The notes under the pieces are model-generated. The model made no database searches, was not told the DNA's origin, and saw only the letters and a program-made list of their open reading frames with translations. The translations under genes and the position numbers were made by a program. A stretch of 64,000 bases of DNA from Bacilli bacterium (lineage in GTDB: Bacteria; Bacillota; Bacilli; Paenibacillales; NBRC-103111): contig JAQBPR010000026.1 of NCBI GenBank assembly GCA_028287395.1, positions 914 through 64,913 on the forward strand, in the 5' to 3' direction. Positions 27,718 to 36,326 of this stretch are shown piece by piece; position 1 is the first letter of the stretch; each line of letters begins with the position of its first letter.

Positions 27718-28709
27718 ACTGATTTGCGAACAATAATTTCATGAGGTAGCACAAATTTGGCTTGCTCTATATTTTCTTTATTCATTAGTTTTGTTAACAA
27801 TCTCATTGAAACAGCACCTATATCATACATCGGCTGTGCCACTGTAGTTAGCAACGGCCTAACCATCGATGCCATGCGACTATTATCAACACTGATCACA
27901 GATATGTCCTCAGGAACATTCAAACCCGCATCTTGTATTGTATGTATGGCTCCGATTGCCATTTCGTCCGTAGCAGAGAATATAGCCGTTGGGCGTTCAG
28001 GTAAGCTTAAGAAATACTTCATGGCTTCAATTCCAGATTCATAGCGGTAATTGCCGACACGAACATAGTCCTCACGCAGAGGTATATTTGCTTGCTCTAA
28101 CGCTTTCTTATAGCCTTGATAACGAGCATAACCATTAGCAGGATCCTGCAATGTACCGCTAATCATCCCTATATTGCGATGTCCATGTTCAATAAGTAAA
28201 CGAACAGCGTCAAATGCGGCATCTTCATGATTGATGTCTACGGCTGGAATGGTATTATTGTTATCTGTAGTGGCACACAAGACAATGGGAACGGAAGAGC
28301 TTCTAAAAGCTTCTATATGCTCTTGTGTAACCGTGCCTCCCATGAACAACAATCCATCCACTTGTTTTTCAAGCAATGTATTGATGACACTGATTTCCTT
28401 GTCTTTCTTTTTATCCGCATTACACAAAATAATATTGTAACGGTACATGGTAGCAATATCTTCAATACCTCTTGCCACTTCAGCAAAAATCGCATTAGAG
28501 ATATCCGGGATTACAACACCCACTGTAGTTGTTTTCTTGCTGGCAAGCCCTCTTGCAACAGCATTAGGTCTGTAGCCAAGGCGTTCAATCGCTTCAAAAA
28601 CCTTTTTGCGGGTTTGTGGTTTTACATTAGGGTTGTTATTCACAACTCTGGAAACAGTTGCCATTGATACTCCAGCTTCACGTGCAACGTCATAAATTGT
28701 AACAGTCAC
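27702..28709 (-). CDS. ccpA: Catabolite control protein A
   Basis: '[21 protein letters not shown]', '[26 protein letters not shown]', '[18 protein letters not shown]'. Confidence 0.97.
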   Translation of the reverse strand: MTVTIYDVAREAGVSMATVSRVVNNNPNVKPQTRKKVFEAIERLGYRPNAVARGLASKKTTTVGVVIPDISNAIFAEVARGIEDIATMYRYNIILCNADKKKDKEISVINTLLEKQVDGLLFMGGTVTQEHIEAFRSSSVPIVLCATTDNNNTIPAVDINHEDAAFDAVRLLIEHGHRNIGMISGTLQDPANGYARYQGYKKALEQANIPLREDYVRVGNYRYESGIEAMKYFLSLPERPTAIFSATDEMAIGAIHTIQDAGLNVPEDISVISVDNSRMASMVRPLLTTVAQPMYDIGAVSMRLLTKLMNKENIEQAKFVLPHEIIVRKSVAHVK

Positions 28710-28825
28710 AGTCATTCTCTCCATTTACACAATAATATTTTCGAACAAGTTAGTTAAACATATGATACGACAAATACATACTTTGTGCAACGAAAACCCT
28801 AAACCAAGCCTTTTCGTTCGTAAAA

Positions 28826-29245
28826 TCATGTGAAATCATATGTACTTAAGGTTTTTTTGGTAAGCTGAGCTAGTCGTTTACGAATATCATCGACCCACGG
28901 TTCATCATGTAATGAGTGGGCTAAAAGCAGTAAATCCAATAATTCATTAATACGCTCATTTAATATTTGATCAACTGGAAATTGCTTATATTCCTTATTA
29001 GAAGCTAACACCAGCAGATAAGCCAATTCACTTTGATCGCTAAAATAAATCTGCTGTTTATCCGGAATATGTCCTAAATGTCGAATCAATTCGCTTAGCT
29101 CAGCTTTTACAGCTTGAAAAACCTCGCTCTTACTACAAGATTCACACGTATAAATCGGTACATGTTCGATTTCAATTTTATTTTTATAGATGACTGTTCG
29201 TAGTTGAATACTCATCTTGTACCCACAACTGCATTGCTTTAGCAA
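28826..29245 (-). CDS. Hypothetical protein with an N-terminal zinc ribbon (YgiT/MqsA-like)
   Basis: 'CSCG...EIEHVPIYTCESC'; TTG start behind GGAGGTG. Confidence 0.7.
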   Translation of the reverse strand: MLKQCSCGYKMSIQLRTVIYKNKIEIEHVPIYTCESCSKSEVFQAVKAELSELIRHLGHIPDKQQIYFSDQSELAYLLVLASNKEYKQFPVDQILNERINELLDLLLLAHSLHDEPWVDDIRKRLAQLTKKTLSTYDFT

Positions 29246-29413
29246 AGAAGACACCTCCGTCCCAAGAAGAACAATAGAAGTTAAACGAAAGCTCTACAGA
29301 TCATAAACACTTTAGTTCAACAACTATATATCGATATAATCAATATTCTACCGATTATATCAAATTCCTGCATGGAATCACCGGCCACTTATTGCCAATT
29401 ATTTTGGATTGCT

Positions 29414-29944
29414 TTACTTGTTAAATTCAGTAAGAATCCGGATATATTGTTTCATAAATGCAGGCAAATCCGGCGGGCGTCTCCCTGAAACAATATTACG
29501 ATCAATTACGACTTCCTCGTCTACCCAAGTCGCTCCTGCATTTTCCAAATCATCGCGAATGCCTGGAGTAGATGTCATCGTATAGCCTTTTACAATTTTC
29601 GCCGAAATTAAAACCCAACCTGCATGGCAAATTTGGCCAATGGGCTTCTGATCTTTATGAAATTGCTCTGTTAATCGCAAAACAGCTGGATATCTTCTTA
29701 ATTTATCGGGTGCCCAGCCACCGACAACATATAAACCAATATAATCGCTGCACTGTACATCATCGAAAGCATAATCACTAGTAATCGGCACACCATATTT
29801 CCCGTGGTAAACCGTATTCGCTTGAGGGCCCACCAGATCAACTTTCAAGCCTTCTTCACGCATGCGCAGTACTGGATACCACATTTCCAAATCTTCAAAT
29901 TCCTCATCTACAAAAGCTAAAACTTTTTTCCCGATTAAATTCAT
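29414..29944 (-). CDS. PfpI/DJ-1 family type 1 glutamine-amidotransferase-like protein
   Basis: 'FEDLEMWYP', 'GGWAPDKLR', nucleophile elbow 'ICHAG', 'PPDLPAF'. Confidence 0.92.
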   Translation of the reverse strand: MNLIGKKVLAFVDEEFEDLEMWYPVLRMREEGLKVDLVGPQANTVYHGKYGVPITSDYAFDDVQCSDYIGLYVVGGWAPDKLRRYPAVLRLTEQFHKDQKPIGQICHAGWVLISAKIVKGYTMTSTPGIRDDLENAGATWVDEEVVIDRNIVSGRRPPDLPAFMKQYIRILTEFNK

Positions 29945-29995
29945 CCTCAAACCTCCCGAAATTTTTTTAGAAAAACTTATATAGATAATCTACGA

Positions 29996-31717
29996 CTAAT
30001 TTAAACGTCTGCATTGTTCCAATAACAAATGAATTTGTTCACTGGTTTTACATGCTATCGCTTGTTCAATTAATTTTTTACTTGCAGATTTTCTAGTATG
30101 AATGAAGCGATTTTTAAAAGTCAGCAAGGACTGTACCGACATGCTGAGCTCATTAATCCCCAAATCTAACCAAAGTGGAATAGCTCTGACATCCCCCGCT
30201 AATTCCCCGCAGACGCTAACAGGAATTCCTTGTCTTTGAGCAGCATCTACCGTCATTTTAAGCATACGTATAATGGCTGGATGATAGGGATCATATAAAT
30301 GAGCAATCGTTTCATTCATACGATCAACGGCTAATACATACTGAGTCAAATCGTTTGTGCCTATGCTGAAAAATTGTACTTCTTCAGCAAGCTGATCTGC
30401 AATAATAACCGCAGCTGGCACTTCAATCATAATCCCTACTTCAATTTCCGCGTCAAACGGCTGCTGAAGTTCGATTAATTCTTTTTTAGCCTGATCTAAT
30501 ACCAAATTTGCTTTACGAACTTCATCAATCGAGGAGATCATTGGGTACATGATTTTAATAGACCCGTAATGGCTTGCTCGCAATATTGCTTTTAGCTGCG
30601 TTTTGAAGATATCTCTTCGATCCAATGAAATACGAATGGCCCGATAACCAAGAGAGGGATTATCTTCTTCTGGTATGCTTATAAAGCCTGCGCTTTTGTC
30701 GCCGCCAATATCCAAGGTGCGGATAATTAACGACTTCCCCTGCAGCTTCTCGGCAGCTTGGCGATATACCTCAAATTGTTCTTCTTCTTTAGGCAACGTA
30801 GTACGATCCAGATAAATAAATTCTGTCCGAAATAGCCCAACACCGGAAGCACCATTTTTTAAAGCTAAATCCAGCTCTTTCAGTGAACTAATATTAGCTT
30901 TAAGTTCCATGAACTGACCGTCTAATGTAACAGGGGGGACGTTTACGATTTCCTGCAGCCATTCACGATGGGCCAATAAACTCTTTTTACGTTGAATATA
31001 TTCTTCCACAAGCTCTTGCACAGGGTTGACGTAAACAATTCCATCTTCGCCGTCAATAATAAGCAAATCTCCAGTTACGATCGGTTTTTCCAATTTCCCT
31101 TCCATTCCCAAAACAAAAGGAACTTCAAGCGCGCGGGCCATGATAGCCGCATGTGACGTCGCTCCACCCTGCAGCGTGACAATTCCAAGCATTTGCTGGT
31201 TGTCTAGATGAGCAAGCTGTGAAGGAGATAACTCTTTGGATACTAAAATATAAGGGTGGTTTGCAGGTGGTGCTGGTTCGTCTAATTCACCAAGCAAATG
31301 CTTCAGCAAGCGATTTCCTACATCTCTAATATCGGCAGATCTTTCCTTCATATACGAATCATCCAGCAATTCGAACATATTGACAAATTTATCAATCGTT
31401 TCTTTCACTGCAACCTCAGCCACTTTAAATTGACGCTGCATAATGCCTTGCACCTCGTTCATAAAGATCGGGTCTTCAAGAATGGCTAAATGAGCATCGA
31501 AAATATTGGATTCTTCTTCGCCAATTAAATTAAAAATATCTTTTTTGATATGCTGCAATTCATCCTTCGAAGAACGGATGCCATCGTATAATTTTTCGAA
31601 CTCCAGGGCCAGATCATCTACACCGACCATTTCATCCGACAAATCCCATTCCCAGGCGGGAAGAACAAAAGCTTTACCAATCGCGATTCCTGGGGATGCT
31701 CCTGTGCCTTTAGCCAT
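29996..31717 (-). CDS. ptsP: PTS enzyme I (PEP-protein phosphotransferase)
   Basis: Phospho-His motif 'TSHAAIMAR', 'GVGLFRTEF', 'RTLDIGGDK', 'SIGTNDLTQY', 'CGELAG'. Confidence 0.95.
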   Translation of the reverse strand: MAKGTGASPGIAIGKAFVLPAWEWDLSDEMVGVDDLALEFEKLYDGIRSSKDELQHIKKDIFNLIGEEESNIFDAHLAILEDPIFMNEVQGIMQRQFKVAEVAVKETIDKFVNMFELLDDSYMKERSADIRDVGNRLLKHLLGELDEPAPPANHPYILVSKELSPSQLAHLDNQQMLGIVTLQGGATSHAAIMARALEVPFVLGMEGKLEKPIVTGDLLIIDGEDGIVYVNPVQELVEEYIQRKKSLLAHREWLQEIVNVPPVTLDGQFMELKANISSLKELDLALKNGASGVGLFRTEFIYLDRTTLPKEEEQFEVYRQAAEKLQGKSLIIRTLDIGGDKSAGFISIPEEDNPSLGYRAIRISLDRRDIFKTQLKAILRASHYGSIKIMYPMISSIDEVRKANLVLDQAKKELIELQQPFDAEIEVGIMIEVPAAVIIADQLAEEVQFFSIGTNDLTQYVLAVDRMNETIAHLYDPYHPAIIRMLKMTVDAAQRQGIPVSVCGELAGDVRAIPLWLDLGINELSMSVQSLLTFKNRFIHTRKSASKKLIEQAIACKTSEQIHLLLEQCRRLN

Positions 31718-33599
31718 GTGTTTGTCCCCCTGCAGCGCGTTCAGCTTTTAAAACAACAGACATGACCGCATTCTGTCCTTTTTTTACAGATTTAAACGGA
31801 GCAAAGCTCCAAGATTTGACACGATCAGGATTCGTAATCAGCATAGGTGTAACCAGGGATTTGCCGTATTGCTTCACCTTCTGCAAATTAAATTTGATCA
31901 GCAGCTGTCCTGCGACCACTTCGTCGCCTTCTTTTACATGGGCTGTAAACCATTTACCTTGAAGATTCGCTGTATCAATCCCAATGTGCAATAATACCTC
32001 TAAACCATCCGGAGTGACAATTCCAATAGCATGCATGGAGGGGAAAACATGCGCAATCTTACCAAATACGGGGGATACTAACTCACCGCGTTCTGGTATA
32101 AAGGCCACCCCATTCCCGACAACTCCTTTAGCAAAAATGGGATCAGGTATGTCCTCTAAAGCAATCATCCTACCTTGTACAGGTGAATTAAACATGACTG
32201 GACGAATATCTTTACGTGTTACCTTCATGATTTCTTCACGAATGAGCTCTGAATACGTTCCAAATACAACTTGAATATTACCACCGCCCAATCTAATGAC
32301 ACCAGCAGCACCTAAATGTTTCAAAGCGGGAATGTCAATCAAACGATCATTTTCTAAAGTTAAGCGTAATCGTGTAATACATGCCTCAATGGTTCGGATG
32401 TTATTTTTGCCCCCAAGCGCTTGCAAAATTAACGGGGAACGATAAGGAATATCGCCAGCCCATTCTTCCAATGAAGAGCCCTCTTCTCTGCCAGGGGTGG
32501 GAATTTGAAAGCGCGCGATAGCCCAGCGAAATAAAAAATAGTAAACTAAACCGTAAATAATCCCAATGGGAATTAACCACAATCCGCGTTGGGCCAAGTG
32601 TAGATTGATCACAAAATCAATTGCCCCTGCTGAAAATGAAAATCCATGATGAATATGAAGAGCATAAGCAATCCACATCGCCAATCCAGAAAGCAATGCA
32701 TGAATGAAAAATAAGTACGGAGCTACAAACAAAAAGGCAAATTCAATTGGTTCTGTTACACCTGTAAGAAAAGAGGCTAAGGCCGCGACTAAAAAGGTCG
32801 CACGGATTTTCGGTTTTAAATCTTCCCTCGCCTCGTGAATAATAGCTAATGCAATGGCAGGCAAAGCAAACATCATGATGGGGTAGAGTCCAGCCATATA
32901 AATACCTGCCTGTGGATCTCCCGCAAAAAAGCGTGGCAAATCCCCATAAATGACCTGACCATTCTTAACAAATGAACCTGCTTGAAACCAATAAACGTTA
33001 TTCAGTATATGATGAAGTCCAGTGGGTATAAGCAAACGATAACCCACACCATAAAGGAAGACACCAAAACCGCCAAGATTTATCAACCAATTCCCTACAT
33101 TTATTAAAAATGTCTGTATGTAAGGACCTATTGCAATCATTAAAACAGATAATAAAATCGTGATAAAACCCATGAATATGGGAACAAATCTCGTCCCGCC
33201 AAAAAAGTGGATATATTCCGGAAGCTTGATGTTACGAAACCAATGATAAGATAAAGCAGCCAAAATCCCAATTGCAATACCACCGGAAACGCCTAATTGA
33301 AAGGATGGACCAATATATTTTAACGTCATTTCATTAAACAGAAAATAGCCAAGCAAAGCCGACATCCCTGAGGTCCCAGCATTTTCAGTTAAGCCCAAAG
33401 CAACACCAACGGCAAATATAAAGGGAAGTTTATCGAAAATTATCGTCCCTGCAAAATTTAATATATGACCTACTTTTTCTAAATCTAACGAATCCCAAGG
33501 CAATGCGCCAAGACTAAGAAAAATGGCAGCAACAGGCAAGGCAATTGTTGGAAGCATTAAAGAGCGACCGAGCTGCTGTAAATTGCCCATCCAATTCAT
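31710..33599 (-). CDS. PTS glucose/N-acetylglucosamine-family EIICBA
   Basis: EIIC 'LQQLGRSLMLP', 'GLHH', 'GVTEPIEF'; linker 'TPGRE'; EIIB 'ACITRLR'; EIIA 'LLHIGIDT'. Confidence 0.93.
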   Translation of the reverse strand: MNWMGNLQQLGRSLMLPTIALPVAAIFLSLGALPWDSLDLEKVGHILNFAGTIIFDKLPFIFAVGVALGLTENAGTSGMSALLGYFLFNEMTLKYIGPSFQLGVSGGIAIGILAALSYHWFRNIKLPEYIHFFGGTRFVPIFMGFITILLSVLMIAIGPYIQTFLINVGNWLINLGGFGVFLYGVGYRLLIPTGLHHILNNVYWFQAGSFVKNGQVIYGDLPRFFAGDPQAGIYMAGLYPIMMFALPAIALAIIHEAREDLKPKIRATFLVAALASFLTGVTEPIEFAFLFVAPYLFFIHALLSGLAMWIAYALHIHHGFSFSAGAIDFVINLHLAQRGLWLIPIGIIYGLVYYFLFRWAIARFQIPTPGREEGSSLEEWAGDIPYRSPLILQALGGKNNIRTIEACITRLRLTLENDRLIDIPALKHLGAAGVIRLGGGNIQVVFGTYSELIREEIMKVTRKDIRPVMFNSPVQGRMIALEDIPDPIFAKGVVGNGVAFIPERGELVSPVFGKIAHVFPSMHAIGIVTPDGLEVLLHIGIDTANLQGKWFTAHVKEGDEVVAGQLLIKFNLQKVKQYGKSLVTPMLITNPDRVKSWSFAPFKSVKKGQNAVMSVVLKAERAAGGQTHG

Positions 33600-33676
33600 G
33601 AAATGTAGCTCCTCTCTACCAAACAATTCATACACATTAATAATGATGGTAAAGCTTCTCCATGTTTTTGTCAAAG

Positions 33677-33701
33677 AAAAACCCTGAAATCTCAGGGTTT
33701 T
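33677..33701 (-). terminator. Terminator of the spore-coat-like operon
   Basis: AAAACCCTGA-AATC-TCAGGGTTTT. Confidence 0.8.
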
Positions 33702-33712
33702 AATAACGGCTA

Positions 33713-34039
33713 TTAAAATGATGGAAATTGTGTGTGGTAGTTATTAAATTGCTTATAGGCTGCTTCAACCTCTTGCGTATCGGCAACCTTCATTTTATAC
33801 CAGCCGTTTTGAAACATCTGATCGAAAAGCCGCTCTTGTGAAGTATGCGTATCATGGAGCACATCTCTTATGGTTTTGCGCAGCTTTGGATTCTGCATTT
33901 CATTCAAACCGATGTTATACCCGTTTGACATTGATTTTTCCGTCGCGAGAATGTCGTTTATACGATCGCGGTCATTCATCCCTGGACCCTTCACTTTTGG
34001 TTCTCCCGCTGGTTTAGGCATTGCCAGTTCAACTACCAA
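33713..34039 (-). CDS. Coat_F-domain (CotF-like) spore coat protein
   Basis: 'MNDRDRINDILATEK...YNIGLNEMQNPKLR...MFQNGWY'; TTG start behind GAGGTG. Confidence 0.82.
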   Translation of the reverse strand: MVVELAMPKPAGEPKVKGPGMNDRDRINDILATEKSMSNGYNIGLNEMQNPKLRKTIRDVLHDTHTSQERLFDQMFQNGWYKMKVADTQEVEAAYKQFNNYHTQFPSF

Positions 34040-34059
34040 TCGCAAATCACCTCTGTTGT

Positions 34060-34278
34060 TTATTGAAGCAGGGATAAAATTGCATCATAATGTTGTTTGT
34101 GCTTTTCACCGGTTTGACGAATTGTACTTTGGATCGCAGAATCCATACAAAGGTTTGCTGTTTCATTGCATTTTTTCATTGCCAGCAATTCCCACGATAA
34201 AAAATCTTTGATGTAATGCAGTTCTTTATCGGTAATTAATTCTCGATCCGATGTCGTTGTTGTCTGCGTTTCTGACAC
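34060..34278 (-). CDS. Small spore-coat/ferritin-like helical hairpin protein
   Basis: 'ITDKELHYIKDFLSWELLAMKKC...HKQHYDAILSLL'. Confidence 0.7.
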   Translation of the reverse strand: MSETQTTTTSDRELITDKELHYIKDFLSWELLAMKKCNETANLCMDSAIQSTIRQTGEKHKQHYDAILSLLQ

Positions 34279-34280
34279 AC

Positions 34281-34904
34281 TTATGAACCGTAAGATCCCG
34301 TATTAAATTGATTTTGTTGCTGATTCTGATTCTGATTTTGGTTCATGTTTTGGAACTGATTTTGTTGTGTAGGATTTGCAGAATCCGAACGCAAATAGCT
34401 ATCATGCCCTTGTTGGTTGCCACGATAGTTACTCAAATGGTTCGATTGCGTATTGAAAGAAGGAGTCGAACCATAAGCAGAGCCACTGGAAGTACTGAAT
34501 CCACTGTTGCCAAGTCCAGAATTCATGCTTGTAGAAGGTCTGGAAAATTGGTTTTGTTGGTTTTGTTGGTTTTGTTGGTTTTGTTGAGATGCATACTGAT
34601 TTTGGTTATAGCCCATTCGGCTTTGGTTCGAAGCAAATGATTGATTTTGGTTAAAACCGCCAAATTGATTTTGATTTTGCTGTGCCGGGCTGTTTGAATC
34701 TGAGCGCAAATAACTGTCATGACCTGCTTGGTCACCTTTATATTGAGCTGTGTGAAACGATTGCGGGTTAGAAAATTGGTTATTGCTAAAACTGCTCGCA
34801 TTTTGTCCTTGACCATAAAGAGAATTAACAAATCCAGTCGGCTGAAACGATTTTTGCATGCCACGATATTGGGATTGCCCTTGGGAACCATACTGATTAT
34901 TCAC
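34281..34904 (-). CDS. Q/N/S/G-rich low-complexity protein with a duplicated GHDSYLRSDS motif
   Basis: 207-aa ORF, GTG start behind GGAGG, first gene of the Coat_F-like operon. Confidence 0.8.
   Translation of the reverse strand: MNNQYGSQGQSQYRGMQKSFQPTGFVNSLYGQGQNASSFSNNQFSNPQSFHTAQYKGDQAGHDSYLRSDSNSPAQQNQNQFGGFNQNQSFASNQSRMGYNQNQYASQQNQQNQQNQQNQFSRPSTSMNSGLGNSGFSTSSGSAYGSTPSFNTQSNHLSNYRGNQQGHDSYLRSDSANPTQQNQFQNMNQNQNQNQQQNQFNTGSYGS
34548..34586. repeat. In-frame 9-bp tandem repeat, about 4.3 copies, encoding (QNQ)n
   Basis: TTGGTTTTG x4 plus TTG. Confidence 0.9.
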
Positions 34905-35019
34905 GTGTCATCCTCCAATTACAAAAGTTAGTCTTCATGGTTTTTCATGAAGCCTCCTTTAGTTTCGTCAGAGTACGTCAATTTTATTTGTGGAAGCTAT
35001 TGGAGTTTGGGATCTAATC

Positions 35020-35445
35020 TTATTGTTTTTTTGGTAAAAGAATTGAATCTTCTACTTTAATACAACGGTCCATAATAACTTCAATCCCATGATCCTCGGC
35101 AATTTGAGCTGCTGCTTCATTGTAAATACCTTGCTGCAGCCAAAGCACCTTCGCTTTAATTTTCACAGCTTCTTCTGCAATGGGAACGATGTGCTCACTG
35201 CGTCTAAAAACATTGACAATATCAATCGAGTCTGGGATGTCTTCGAGAGAAGCATAACTCTTTTCACCGAGAATTTGCTCAGCATTCGGATTAACTGGAA
35301 TAATACGATATCCTTTATCCTGCATGGCTTGTGAAACCATATAGGAAATACGATCCGGATTATCGGATAGGCCAACTACTGCAATAACCTTCGTGTCGGT
35401 TAAAATTTGTTTAATTTGTTCTCGTGATGGATTCTCAAATGCCAT
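35020..35445 (-). CDS. CoA-binding protein (YneT/YccU family)
   Basis: 'IAVVGLSDNPDR', 'IIPVNP', 'DIVNVFRRS', 'WLQQG', 'MDRCIKVE'. Confidence 0.92.
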   Translation of the reverse strand: MAFENPSREQIKQILTDTKVIAVVGLSDNPDRISYMVSQAMQDKGYRIIPVNPNAEQILGEKSYASLEDIPDSIDIVNVFRRSEHIVPIAEEAVKIKAKVLWLQQGIYNEAAAQIAEDHGIEVIMDRCIKVEDSILLPKKQ

Positions 35446-35466
35446 TCGATATTCCCTCCAGTAATC

Positions 35467-36288
35467 TTATTTATTATAGGAAAGCGCTTGTTTTCCCATC
35501 GTCCCCCATGTATTCGTAAAAAGAGCTTTATTAATTTGCACATTGCTTTGGCCGCTAAGTGGATCGTTCACATAGACATCGTCTTGATCATATCCAACTA
35601 GCAGAACAGCATGCTCAGCAAACGATGTACGTATCGGCCCTGATGGCGAATCCCATTCCACCCAAGAAACAGGATCTAAATAATCTACCGTAGTCCAAAC
35701 CTCAACAGGAATTCCTAGAGCTATTTGTTGCTCTAACGTTTCAAATGTAGTTCCTGTCAAATCAACAGCCGTTGGAACATATTTGTGTAATAATTCCATA
35801 AGCGCCGTATGATAAATTCCAAATCCTGGATAATTACCTGTTATGTCCCCGACAAATCCAGAATTAGGATTACCCCAGTATATAATATTTCCTTCGTTAT
35901 CCGTTTTCGCTTCCGTAGGGTCATATTTCATTTCAGGTACTAAATCCATTTTATTTTTATTTATTCCATAATATTGCAGCAGCATCGTTAAACTTGTAAT
36001 TTCACAGCCATAAGGAAGCTCGGGATTCTGTTTAACTAACGGTGCTGTAAGCATAGCTGAAATAATTGGCGTAGGTTTTAAAATAATTGATTGAGGCTTT
36101 GGTGTTTGTATTGGGGTTCGCATATTTTCAGCATAAACCACAGCATCGCTTAGATTGGACGGAGCAAGCAAATTTCTATCCGTTATCTTGCCATAAAGTA
36201 GTACACCAAATACACCACTGGAAAAAGCCAATCCAATCACAATAAAAACACTAAAGGCATATTTCAACGTTTTCCCGATTCCATTCAT
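35467..36288 (-). CDS. C39-like (YvpB-type) peptidase with an N-terminal membrane anchor
   Basis: 'QNPELPYGCEITSL', 'EHAVLLVGYD', 'VNDP'. Confidence 0.88.
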   Translation of the reverse strand: MNGIGKTLKYAFSVFIVIGLAFSSGVFGVLLYGKITDRNLLAPSNLSDAVVYAENMRTPIQTPKPQSIILKPTPIISAMLTAPLVKQNPELPYGCEITSLTMLLQYYGINKNKMDLVPEMKYDPTEAKTDNEGNIIYWGNPNSGFVGDITGNYPGFGIYHTALMELLHKYVPTAVDLTGTTFETLEQQIALGIPVEVWTTVDYLDPVSWVEWDSPSGPIRTSFAEHAVLLVGYDQDDVYVNDPLSGQSNVQINKALFTNTWGTMGKQALSYNK

Positions 36289-36326
36289 TTGGCATCACTC
36301 TTTTATCCATTATTTACTAGCTCTAA

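Noticed and set aside
34548-34586. Tandem repeat as a CRISPR array or non-coding satellite
   Set aside because: 9-bp units without spacers, in frame within the Q/N-rich gene; no cas genes in the window
35467-36288. C39-like peptidase as part of a bacteriocin/RiPP cluster
   Set aside because: Stand-alone membrane-anchored YvpB type, with no double-glycine precursor or peptidase-ABC fusion nearby
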